From: an uncultured Chloroflexia bacterium
GTDB taxonomy: Bacteria; Chloroflexota; Limnocylindria; Limnocylindrales; CSP1-4
Direction: 5' to 3'
DNA length: 64,000 bases
Assembly: GCA_963746845.1 (NCBI GenBank)
Contig: CAVVCZ010000005.1
Span: forward strand, 448,001-512,000
A model generated the notes under the pieces. That model worked only from the letters and a program-made list of their open reading frames with translations. It was not told where the DNA came from and did no database searches. The position numbers and the translations under genes are program-made. Shown here one piece after another: positions 21,195 to 29,822 of the stretch; positions within the stretch are counted from its first letter, which is position 1; the number at the start of each line of letters is the position of its first letter.

Positions 21195-21655
21195 CAGATC
21201 GGTTTGAAGGCCTCGAACGGATTTCGGCAATCGCGGCAGTAGAAGAGGGATCGACAGAGGGTCGGGCCGAAGGCGCTGTCCATCGCGACCCGCGACGAGG
21301 CGCAGTACGGGCAGCGGACGTCCGCCGGTTCCGCGGGCGGGGCGATTCCGGCGGCACGGAGCCCGGCATGCCCTGCAGGGGTCAGGCGGTCGGTGGTCCA
21401 CGGGACCGCGAACGTGAAGTCGACCGTGACCGGGCGCCCGAGGCTCGCGAGCGCATCGGTCACCGTCGCGCGGATGACCTCGAGGGCCGGGCACGCGACG
21501 AACGTCGGGAGGAGCTCGATGCGGATCCCGTCATCGTCGACGCGGACGTCGTGGACGAGGCCGAGATCGACGATCGAGACGGTCGGGATCTCGGGGTCGT
21601 GGACCGTCCCGAGGACGTCCGTCACCACTGCCGCCGACACTGGCGCCGTCATCAC
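21194..21655 (-). CDS. paaD: Phenylacetyl-CoA epoxidase maturation subunit PaaD (MIP18 family)
   Basis: DPEIPTVSIVDLG, PTFVACPA, WTTD, CPYC...FGPTLCRS..YCRDCRNPFEAFKPI. Confidence 0.93.
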   Translation of the reverse strand: MMTAPVSAAVVTDVLGTVHDPEIPTVSIVDLGLVHDVRVDDDGIRIELLPTFVACPALEVIRATVTDALASLGRPVTVDFTFAVPWTTDRLTPAGHAGLRAAGIAPPAEPADVRCPYCASSRVAMDSAFGPTLCRSLFYCRDCRNPFEAFKPI

Positions 21656-22485
21656 CACGTCGCGCCGACCTCGGACCGGCGAACCATGGTGAACTCGGCG
21701 TGGAGGGCACGGAACGCGTCGGAGTGGGCCGTGCGGGCAGTGCCGGGATCGCGGGTCGGCGGCAGCGGCGCCAGGCCGAGACGCGCGAGCTGCGCGTTCG
21801 CCTCGACGCGCCAGCGCGCCTCGACGGCCGGAAAGGGCTCCGCGATGATCCCGTGCCGGACGAGTGCCGGCTCCCCGGGGAGTGGCGTCAGCACCGTGCC
21901 GGCGTCCGGCCCCATGACGTCGAGCGCCGCGATCAGGCGCCGACGCGGTTCGCCGCCCGCATCCGCGAGCCGCTCGAGCCACGCGTCGACGTGCATCCGG
22001 TGATAGCGCTCCTCGCGCCGGATCTTGGCGACGAGCTCACGGAGCGGCGCGTGCGTCGTGTCCGCGAGGGCCGTCAGACGCGCCGCGTCGGCCGTCTCGT
22101 AGAGCCAGCGCCGGGCGATCGTCGCCGCCCAGTCGCCGCGCGGATGGTCGAGCAGGCGAGCGTGGAGGTAGCCTTCCGGCGGCCGGTCGTAGGCGACCGC
22201 GTCCGCGTCCGGGCCGTCGGCGACCGCGTCCGCGTCCGGGCCGTCGGCGACGAGGTCCGCGAACAGCCCGTACAAGGCCTGGGCATGACCCAGCTCGTCC
22301 TGGGCGAGCGAGCTGATCGCAACGTCCTCCTCGAGGATCGGTCCGATCCCGGTCCACTCGGAGTCGCTGAACCCGATGACGAACTCGTCGTCGGCCATCG
22401 ACAGGAGGAGCACGGCGAGCGCCCGCTCGCGGCCGTCGCCGGCACCGGTGAAGTCCATCGCGATCTTCGGGTACTCCGTCGTCAT
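21652..22485 (-). CDS. paaC: Phenylacetyl-CoA epoxidase subunit C
   Basis: ADDEF..G...SEWTG..PILEED..QDELGHA, KIRREERYH; ferritin-like. Confidence 0.92.
   Translation of the reverse strand: MTTEYPKIAMDFTGAGDGRERALAVLLLSMADDEFVIGFSDSEWTGIGPILEEDVAISSLAQDELGHAQALYGLFADLVADGPDADAVADGPDADAVAYDRPPEGYLHARLLDHPRGDWAATIARRWLYETADAARLTALADTTHAPLRELVAKIRREERYHRMHVDAWLERLADAGGEPRRRLIAALDVMGPDAGTVLTPLPGEPALVRHGIIAEPFPAVEARWRVEANAQLARLGLAPLPPTRDPGTARTAHSDAFRALHAEFTMVRRSEVGATW
22192..22251. repeat. Exact 27-bp in-frame tandem duplication inside paaC
   Basis: GGCGACCGCGTCCGCGTCCGGGCCGTC twice (22192-22218, 22219-22245) plus a partial third copy; encodes (VADGPDADA)x2. Confidence 0.9.
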
Positions 22486-22823
22486 CGATCGCCCGCGTTC
22501 GCCTTCGGCTTCGCCTGCCCCGACTGCTCACGTGCCGCTGCCAGCTTGTCGCGCATGACGTAGCCGCCCGGCTTCTTGAACGACCGATCGAGCGGCGGCT
22601 GGAGGAGGTCCGGATCGGCCAGGTCGTGGATGTCCGCCCGCCGGACGACCCAGAGGTGGACGCTCTCTTGGCGCCGTCCGTACATCTCGCGGGCGTAGTG
22701 GAGGGCGAGCGTGGCATCGGGCGCCATCACCGAACCGCCGTGACGCATCGGGTCGCCGTCCTTCTCCCGGCGGAAGACCTCCCAGGGCTCGAGGACGCCC
22801 GCCGGCGCCGTCGCGTCTGTCAT
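22482..22823 (-). CDS. paaB: Phenylacetyl-CoA epoxidase subunit B
   Basis: WEVFRR...HGGSVMAPD..LALHYAREMYGRRQES..LWVV. Confidence 0.92.
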   Translation of the reverse strand: MTDATAPAGVLEPWEVFRREKDGDPMRHGGSVMAPDATLALHYAREMYGRRQESVHLWVVRRADIHDLADPDLLQPPLDRSFKKPGGYVMRDKLAAAREQSGQAKPKANAGDR

Positions 22824-23812
22824 GCGGCGGCTCGGGGCGCCGAGAGAATCGCGTCGCGGACCCACTGCGTGGCGGCCCAGTTGTCGCGGCGGAACTGGAG
22901 CCGCTCCTGGGACATCGGGCCGTGGTTCGTGACGACCGTCCGGAGCTCGTTCCAGTCGGGCTCCGCGTAGCGCCAGTCGCCGGTGGCGACGTCGAGACCC
23001 AGCTCGGGATCGGGCAGCGTCAATCCGAGCTCCCAGATCCGCGGCACGTAGATGCCGAGGAACTCCTGGCGCAGCTCCTCGCTCGTCTTCGCCTTGATCC
23101 GCCAGTGGATGTCACGGTCCTTGGAGCGGTCGCTGCGTGGGCCGTGCATCTGCATCAGCGGGCCCCACCAGCGGTCGAGCGCCTCCTGGATCGCCCCCCG
23201 CTGGGCCGGCGTGCCGGTCGCCATCGTCACGACGACGTCGCGCCCGTGCATGATGTGGACGCTCTCCTCCCAGCAGATCTTCCGCATCGTCCGGGCATAC
23301 GGGGCGTAGCTGCTGTCGCGCAGCGCCTGCTGGGCGACGATCGCCGCCGCGTCCACGAGCCAGGCGATGATCCCGATGTCGGCCCACGACTTCGTCGGGT
23401 AGTGGAAGACGTTGTGGAACTTCGTCTTCCCGTCGAGCAGGTCCTGGATCATCGCCTCGCGCGGCTTGCCGAGGTCTTCGGCGACCCGGTACAGCAGCTG
23501 GGCGTGCCCGACCTCGTCCTGGACCTTCGCGGTGAGGGCGAGCTTCCGGCGGAGGGTCGGCGCCCGCATGATCCATTCGCGCTCGGGCAGGACGCCCATG
23601 AGCTCGCTGTTCGCGTGCATCTCGACGAACCGGAGCACCTGGGTCCGGTACTCGTCGGGCATCCAGTCGGACGCCTCGACCTTGCCGCCGCCCGTCACGT
23701 GCTCCTCGAAGTGCCGGTAGCGCTCGTCGTGATCGAGCGCCTCGTCGTTGAACGGCAGCTGGCTGCGCTCGCGGGCCGGCAGAACAGGATCGAGTGCGAG
23801 CGGATCGGTCAT
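22820..23812 (-). CDS. paaA: Phenylacetyl-CoA epoxidase catalytic subunit A
   Basis: DWMPDEYR, HANSE, AKVQDEVGH, ICWEESVH diiron ligands. Confidence 0.96.
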   Translation of the reverse strand: MTDPLALDPVLPARERSQLPFNDEALDHDERYRHFEEHVTGGGKVEASDWMPDEYRTQVLRFVEMHANSELMGVLPEREWIMRAPTLRRKLALTAKVQDEVGHAQLLYRVAEDLGKPREAMIQDLLDGKTKFHNVFHYPTKSWADIGIIAWLVDAAAIVAQQALRDSSYAPYARTMRKICWEESVHIMHGRDVVVTMATGTPAQRGAIQEALDRWWGPLMQMHGPRSDRSKDRDIHWRIKAKTSEELRQEFLGIYVPRIWELGLTLPDPELGLDVATGDWRYAEPDWNELRTVVTNHGPMSQERLQFRRDNWAATQWVRDAILSAPRAAA

Positions 23813-24399
23813 CGGTGGTCCTCCGAGAGGGCGCGGAGCGCGAGGTCGACGTAGTGGTCGGCGATCCGGTCGGCGGTCAGGCGGCCGTCCGGGCGGTACC
23901 AGGTCGCGATGCCGTTGAGGGCGGTGAGGACGAAGGTCGCCGCGAGGGCGACATCGGTCGCCCCGAAGGCCCCGACCGCGATCCCATCCTCGATCGTCGT
24001 CCGGAACCTGGCTTCGTAGGCGTCCCGGCGAGCGGCGATGGCGGCCCGGCGCTCTGCGGAGAGGTGGCGCCATTCCGTGAGGAAGACGCTCGAGCGCTGC
24101 GGGTCGGCGGTCACGACCTCGACGTGGGCCTCCACGAGGGCGGCCAGCCGGTCGACGGGGTCCGTGCCGGCGGCTTCGGCGACGGCCGACTCGGCCGCCC
24201 CCTCGAAGGTCGTCGCCGCCCGATCGACGATCGACCAGAGGACATCCTCCTTCGACGCGACGTGGGCGTAGAGGCTGGCCCCCTGGATGTCGAGCGCCTT
24301 CGCGATGTCGCGGACGCTCGTCGCCGCGTAACCGTTCGCATGGAACAGCTCGCTAGCCACGTCGTCGATCTCGCGGCGTCGCGTTCCGGTCTCGATCAT
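23809..24399 (-). CDS. paaR: TetR family regulator of the paa operon (PaaR type)
   Basis: GYAATSVRDIA...ASLYAHVASKE HTH, WYRPDG; first gene of the paa operon. Confidence 0.8.
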   Translation of the reverse strand: MIETGTRRREIDDVASELFHANGYAATSVRDIAKALDIQGASLYAHVASKEDVLWSIVDRAATTFEGAAESAVAEAAGTDPVDRLAALVEAHVEVVTADPQRSSVFLTEWRHLSAERRAAIAARRDAYEARFRTTIEDGIAVGAFGATDVALAATFVLTALNGIATWYRPDGRLTADRIADHYVDLALRALSEDHR

Positions 24400-24405
24400 C
24401 TGGCC

Positions 24406-24434
24406 ATGATCCAACCGAACGTTCGTTAGGTCAA
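24406..24434 (-). promoter_or_regulatory. paa operon promoter with PaaR-type operator in the spacer
   Basis: Minus strand TTGACC-TAACGAACGTTCGGTTG-GATCAT-6 nt-ATG; CTAACGAACGTTCG fits the CNAACNNNCGTTNG PaaR box I recall from Thermus. Confidence 0.8.
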
Positions 24435-24476
24435 GATCTCGGTTCGGCGGTTGCTCCCCCCTCGGAGCTTTCCGAT

Positions 24477-25151
24477 CTACGGGAAGTGAACGCTGTCGAG
24501 CATTGCCTGCAGCGCCGCGCGATCGTCCGGGTCTGCCGCGGCATGCACGCCGAGGTCTCGCATCCCGAATAGATAGGCCACGTGGTCGTGGACCGTGATC
24601 GCGTTGTTGATCAGGATCCCGCAGTTCCATTCGAGAAGAACGCCCGGCTCGCCGCCGATCCTGATGTTGTGCTGGGCTTCCGGGGCGTCCGGGCACGTGT
24701 CGCCGTGGTACTTGACCGTGTCCGAGATCGTCTGGCTGACTACATCGGCCAACCCGCCCTTCGTCGGTGCAACGTTGGCCCACGCGCTCCTCGCGGAGGA
24801 GTCGATGAACTGGTCGGACTCGCGAGCGTCATGGCTCAGGCCCGACACCCCGTCCCAGGCCACGGTGGCCTGGATCGTCGTCCAGTTCGCCGGCACCGTC
24901 AGGGAGTACCCGTACAGGGCCGACGTGAACGTCGTCGGAACCGTCGCCGCGCTTGGAGCCGCCGTCGGCGTCGGCGTCGGATTCGACGGCGCGATGGTCG
25001 GTTTCGGGCTTGCGGCGGCGGACGACGGCAGGGCCGACGCGTCCGAACCGGCGTCGGAAGATGAACTCGCCCCGGCCCCGCCGCCCGAGCACGCGCCGAG
25101 CGCCAGCACGACGGCGGCCAACGCCGTCATTCGTGTCCTGGTTGTCATCAT
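24477..25151 (-). CDS. Hypothetical lipoprotein (possibly PsbP/Mog1-like fold)
   Basis: RBS GGAGG, lipobox LGAC, Ser/Pro/Thr linker, FTSALYGYSLTVPANW. Confidence 0.75.
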   Translation of the reverse strand: MMTTRTRMTALAAVVLALGACSGGGAGASSSSDAGSDASALPSSAAASPKPTIAPSNPTPTPTAAPSAATVPTTFTSALYGYSLTVPANWTTIQATVAWDGVSGLSHDARESDQFIDSSARSAWANVAPTKGGLADVVSQTISDTVKYHGDTCPDAPEAQHNIRIGGEPGVLLEWNCGILINNAITVHDHVAYLFGMRDLGVHAAADPDDRAALQAMLDSVHFP

Positions 25152-25230
25152 CGCCTCCAGGTGGATCGTCCAGCGGCCGGGGACTTGCTCTCCGTCCTCG
25201 AGACCGCACTTCCCGACCGACCTTCGCCGG

Positions 25231-25277
25231 ACCGTGTCCAGCCCCGCCCCACGCTCGCTCTATCCGCCCTCTACGGC
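25231..25277 (-). promoter_or_regulatory. SARP-type activator boxes upstream of the lipoprotein gene
   Basis: Minus-strand heptamers TAGAGGG, TAGAGCG, TGGGGCG at 11-bp period, then 8 nt, then -10-like CACGGT. Confidence 0.6.
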
Positions 25278-25289
25278 GGTCCGCCCATG

Positions 25290-28200
25290 TCAGAGGCCGC
25301 ACGGGCCGACGTCGGGGCCGAACGTTCGGGCCGCGTCGACGCGGTCTTCGGGAACGCACGGGACATCGATCGCGCCGGCGACGATCCGAGCACCAAGTGT
25401 CTCGAGACGCGGACGGAGGTCGTCGATGAACCCGCCGCTGTACGAGAGGGCAACGCCCTGGGAGGCGAGGTCGAAGATGCGGGTGCCAGAACGAAACTCG
25501 CCCTTCGCGAATTCCTTCAGCAAGGTGTAGACGGCCAGGTCCTGGTGGAGGACCACCGACGTCAGGATGTGGCTGCGCCACGCGTCCGGATCGACCGCGC
25601 CAGTCAAGGATCGGACCGTCTCGAACTGGTCGCTGTCGACGCCGATCGCCCAAAGTTGCCGGCCGGGCCGGGACATCGTCGTTGCCGCGTCGAAGACGCC
25701 GATGCCGGACCCGCCGGCAGCGTGGAAGATGACGTCGGCACCGGCGTCATACATTGCGCGGGCCGCGTCTCGGGCGCCCATCGGATTGTCGAACGCGCGA
25801 TGGAAATCGGCTCGCGACAAGTACGTCGAGAGGATCCGCACCTCCGGATCGATGCTCCGCGCTCCGGCCTCGAACCCCGCCTGGAATCTCCACAGATACG
25901 GGTGGTCGAGGCCCCCGATGAAGCCGATCACCCTCCCGTTGCTCGTCAGGGCCGCGGCCGCTCCGGCGAGGAACGACCCTTCCTTCGTGGCGAACGCGAT
26001 CGTCGACACATTCGGCGCCACGACCTTCGCGTCGACGACGAAACGCGTCGCCGGGTAGTCGTGAATGACCGGCCGGACGTCGTCGACGACGGCTCCCGAG
26101 ACGATGATGAGCTCGGCGCCTTCGGCTGCCAGGCTCCGGAGCTCCGTCGCGGCCCCCTCGCTCTCGTCGTACAGGCGCTCCTTGCCGGCGAGGCTGAAGT
26201 CGGCAACCGCGCGATCGAACCCGTCCTCATTGAGGTCGTCGAGGGCGGCCACGCCGGGCTTCAACAGGGCCACGCGCGGGACATGGGCGATCGCCGTCGC
26301 CCAGACGCCATAGCCAACCGCGCCGCCGAGCAAGGCAATCGCGATCACAAGGGCGACCAGCCGGATCCGCGCGCGGCCCTCGAGCCGTCGGTTCGTGTCG
26401 CGTCGCGCGGCCTCCTCGCGCTGCTCGAGATCGCGCCGAGCGACGCCCGCGTCGAGGAACGCTCGTTCACGGTCGTTCAGGTGGAGGACACCCTCCCGGC
26501 TCAGCGTCTCGAACTCGGCCAGTCGCCCACCCGCAAGGAGGTAGTCCGGGTCGCGCCCGGACAGCTCCCATTCCTCGACCGCACCTGCAAACGCCTCGTG
26601 GCGTCTCAGGGCACTTCGGTGTCGGTCGATCCAGCCGGCGAGTCGTTCCCACTCCCGGAAGAGCGCCTCATGGGCGACCTCGACCATCGCCTTGCCCGTG
26701 ACCATGTCGCGATCGAACGAGAGGAGACGATGGCGCCCGAATGCCCCGAGCACCTCGGATAGCACGACCGGATCGAGGTCCAATCCGGTCAGGTCGGAGA
26801 GGGGGACTCGCTGCCGCGAGTCGACCGGGCCGCCGCCCAGCCGGACGAGGCGAAGGAACACCTGCATCGCGGCCCGCTGCTCATCGGGGCTCAACGCGGC
26901 GTACAACCCTTCGGCTCGTCTCGAGAGGATCCCGTTCAGGCCACCGAGGGCGCGGTAGCCGGAGAGGGTGAGGCCGGCCGGCGCCCGCTGATCGAACAGC
27001 TCGGTGAGGGCGTACTGAAGGAGGGGCAGCGCGCTGGATCGATCGGCGGTCTCGGCGACGATCTCGGCGACCAGAGCCGGCTCCACGGGCACGCCGACCC
27101 GCGCCGCGGGACCGACGATTGCCGCCTCGAGCTCGGTCCGGGTCATCGGCAACACGTTCACGACCGCGGGAATGAACACCTCGGCGAACGGCGGGTCGTT
27201 GAGGGGTCGGTCGTAGAAGTCGGCCCGGAGCGCGAGGACGACGACGAGCTGGCCCTCCGGCTCCGCGACGGCGGCGGCGAGCGCACCGAGGAACCGCCGC
27301 CGGACAGGCTCGTCAGTGACCGAGAAGACCTCCTCGAACTGATCGATGGCCAGGACCAGCCGCCCGTCGTCCGGCATGGTCCGAAGGGCCGGCGGACCCG
27401 AGCCCGCCGCCCGTTCGTCGAGCAGCTGCGCGAGCCCGACCGGCAGGCCCGCAATCTTCGAGACCACGGCCTCGACCTGCTCCAGCGGGTGCGGGCCCGG
27501 GATGAACGGTGCGATGAGCCACCGTTCCGATCCGGGGATCGCCCCCGCCCGCAGGCTGCGCAGCAGGCCGGCCGCCAGGACGCTCGACTTCCCCGATCCC
27601 GACGGCCCGACGAGGGCGATCAGGCGCGACCCCTCCCGGAGTCGATCGAGCAGCCTCGTCAGGAGCTCCTCTCGTCCGAAGTAGTCGGCCGCGTCGGATT
27701 CGGCGAAGGGCCGCAGGCCCTTGTACGGATTGCGCGACTCGCGGGGGTCGGCCGCGAGGTCGGCGGGCACCATGAGTGCCGGGTCGTGGACCAGGATCCG
27801 CTCGTGCATCCGCTGGATCGGCGGGGACGGCTCGAGACCCAGCTCTTCGTCGAGGATGGCCCGGAGTCGTTCGTACGACCGCAGGGCCTCGGCATGTCGC
27901 CCGGATCGGTACAGCGCCAGCATCAGCAGCTCGCGGGACCGTTCCCGCATCGGATCCTCGCGGATGGCCGAATCGAGAAGCGAGATCACGTCGGCCGCCC
28001 GGCCGGATGTCAGCTCCGCGGATGCCAGGGCCTCGATGCCGTCGAGGTGCACGTCGTGCAACCGACGAATCTGGGGTTGGGCGAACTCGTCGTAGGCGAA
28101 GTCGGACAGAGGCGGACCGCGCCACAGGTCCAGGGCGGCGCGGACGATGGCCGCGCCGTCGTCGCGCTCGCCCGCCTCGATCCTGCGCGTTCCGTCCTCG

Positions 28201-28520
28201 ATCAGTCGCTCGAACCGGCGGGCGTCGATGGCGTCCGGGTCGGCCCCCAGCATGTAGCCGGGTGGACGCGTGACGATGAGGCGATCGCCGGCGAATGGCT
28301 CGAGCGTCTTCCGGAGCTCGGAGACGTAGATCTGGATCGAATGCAGGGCGGTCCGTGGAGGGCTGTCCCCCCACAACAGGTCGATCAACCGGTCTGCCGG
28401 GACGATCTCCCCGACGTGCAGGAGGAGGATGGCCAGGACGGCCCGCTGCTTGGGCGGACCCAGCTCGGCCCGCGCCCCGTCGGTCCCCGCCTCGAGTGTC
28501 CCGAGGATCCGGAACTGCAT
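25290..28520 (-). CDS. SARP (wHTH+BTAD) - STAND NTPase - TM - BMP-family sensor fusion regulator
   Basis: FRILG/QRAVLAILLL/LWRGPPL (SARP), NPYKGLRPF, GPSGSGKSS, IDQFEEVF, LRADF, AHEAL (nSTAND1-type), one TM helix, GSFLAG/GADVIFHAAG/IGVDSDQ (BMP). Confidence 0.88.
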   Translation of the reverse strand: MQFRILGTLEAGTDGARAELGPPKQRAVLAILLLHVGEIVPADRLIDLLWGDSPPRTALHSIQIYVSELRKTLEPFAGDRLIVTRPPGYMLGADPDAIDARRFERLIEDGTRRIEAGERDDGAAIVRAALDLWRGPPLSDFAYDEFAQPQIRRLHDVHLDGIEALASAELTSGRAADVISLLDSAIREDPMRERSRELLMLALYRSGRHAEALRSYERLRAILDEELGLEPSPPIQRMHERILVHDPALMVPADLAADPRESRNPYKGLRPFAESDAADYFGREELLTRLLDRLREGSRLIALVGPSGSGKSSVLAAGLLRSLRAGAIPGSERWLIAPFIPGPHPLEQVEAVVSKIAGLPVGLAQLLDERAAGSGPPALRTMPDDGRLVLAIDQFEEVFSVTDEPVRRRFLGALAAAVAEPEGQLVVVLALRADFYDRPLNDPPFAEVFIPAVVNVLPMTRTELEAAIVGPAARVGVPVEPALVAEIVAETADRSSALPLLQYALTELFDQRAPAGLTLSGYRALGGLNGILSRRAEGLYAALSPDEQRAAMQVFLRLVRLGGGPVDSRQRVPLSDLTGLDLDPVVLSEVLGAFGRHRLLSFDRDMVTGKAMVEVAHEALFREWERLAGWIDRHRSALRRHEAFAGAVEEWELSGRDPDYLLAGGRLAEFETLSREGVLHLNDRERAFLDAGVARRDLEQREEAARRDTNRRLEGRARIRLVALVIAIALLGGAVGYGVWATAIAHVPRVALLKPGVAALDDLNEDGFDRAVADFSLAGKERLYDESEGAATELRSLAAEGAELIIVSGAVVDDVRPVIHDYPATRFVVDAKVVAPNVSTIAFATKEGSFLAGAAAALTSNGRVIGFIGGLDHPYLWRFQAGFEAGARSIDPEVRILSTYLSRADFHRAFDNPMGARDAARAMYDAGADVIFHAAGGSGIGVFDAATTMSRPGRQLWAIGVDSDQFETVRSLTGAVDPDAWRSHILTSVVLHQDLAVYTLLKEFAKGEFRSGTRIFDLASQGVALSYSGGFIDDLRPRLETLGARIVAGAIDVPCVPEDRVDAARTFGPDVGPCGL

Positions 28521-28590
28521 CGACTGCCTCGCTGGCGCCGCGACTGTGGCCGATGGTGGGCGCGGCCACACGCGCGGTCAACTCCGGGAC

Positions 28591-28626
28591 AGGCTGGTGA
28601 CGGGCGTTCTAGGGACGCTCTACGGC
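28591..28626 (-). promoter_or_regulatory. SARP-type boxes upstream of the SARP gene (putative autoregulation)
   Basis: Minus strand GCCG-TAGAGCG-TCCC-TAGAACG, 8 nt, then -10-like CAGCCT. Confidence 0.6.
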
Positions 28627-28766
28627 CGACGGACGCGGTTGGTGTGCAGGTCCGCACGCTTCGCACGCGAGGCCGATCGCGATCCGGAGTACGCTTGTGG
28701 CCTGACCGGTCGGTGTACCGGCGTCCGCTGTGGACGCCCTCGGCCCTTCTTGAGCAAGGACCGACC

Positions 28767-29750
28767 ATGGTGACCGACGACTCCGTGCGCGCCACTGCGC
28801 TCACGCCAGCTCCCACTGTGGCATCCCTCGCGGATGATCGTGCCCTCCTCGAGGAGCTCGAACCCGAGGCCGCCCGCCTGTACGACCGCCACGCGAAGGT
28901 CGCCCAGGAGTGGTTCCCCCACGACTACATCCCGTACCGGCTCGGGCGCGACTTCGACAAGGAGCCCTGGACGCCCGACCAGCCGCGGCTGACCGGCGTC
29001 GCCCAGATCAGCTTCGAGGTCAACCTCCTGACCGAGGACAACCTGCCCTCCTACCACCGCCTGATCCACGGGATGTTCGGATCCGGCGACGGCGCGTGGA
29101 TCAACTGGATCGGGCGCTGGACGGCCGAGGAGGGCCGCCACGCGATCGTCCTCCGCGACTACCTCACGGTGACCCGGAACCTCGACCCGATCGCCCTCGA
29201 GCGCGGCCGGATGACGCAGCTCCAGCAGGGCTACGACCGCGAATCGATCGACACGCTCCGCGGCCTCGCCTATGTCGCGTTCCAGGAGCTCGCAACGCGG
29301 ATCTCGCATCGGAACACGGGGCGCTACTCACAGGACCCGGTCGCCGACAAGATCATGACGAGGATCGCGGCCGACGAGAACCTCCACATGGTCTTCTACC
29401 GCGACATCCTCGCCGCGGCGCTGAAGATCCAGCCGTCGCGAGCGGTCCAGGCGATCGTCGCGGAGGTCCTCGCGTTCGAGATGCCCGGCAACGGAATCCC
29501 CGGGTTCCTCCGGAAGGCCGCCGCGATCGCGCGGGCCGGGATCTACGACATCCGGATCCACCGCGACGAGGTCCTGCTGCCGATCCTCAACCACTGGCGG
29601 ATCTTCGAGCTGACCGGGCTCGATGCGGCCGCCGAGGACGCCCGCCGGGTCCTCGCCGAGCATCTCGACAAGCTCGAGGTCGCCGCGAAGCGGTTCGAGG
29701 AGAAGATGGCCCTGACCGGGGACCGCGAGCGACTGATCCGCGTCGGCTGA
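28767..29750 (+). CDS. Acyl-ACP desaturase (DesA-like diiron enzyme)
   Basis: NLLTEDNLPSYH, WTAEEGRH, FQELAT..SH, IAADENLH; RBS AAGGA. Confidence 0.93.
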   Translation: MVTDDSVRATALTPAPTVASLADDRALLEELEPEAARLYDRHAKVAQEWFPHDYIPYRLGRDFDKEPWTPDQPRLTGVAQISFEVNLLTEDNLPSYHRLIHGMFGSGDGAWINWIGRWTAEEGRHAIVLRDYLTVTRNLDPIALERGRMTQLQQGYDRESIDTLRGLAYVAFQELATRISHRNTGRYSQDPVADKIMTRIAADENLHMVFYRDILAAALKIQPSRAVQAIVAEVLAFEMPGNGIPGFLRKAAAIARAGIYDIRIHRDEVLLPILNHWRIFELTGLDAAAEDARRVLAEHLDKLEVAAKRFEEKMALTGDRERLIRVG

Positions 29751-29822
29751 CGACAGAGGTCCGTCGACGGCCCGCCCGCCCTCGTAGGATTGGCCGACCA
29801 GCCGATCAGACACGAGGACCTG

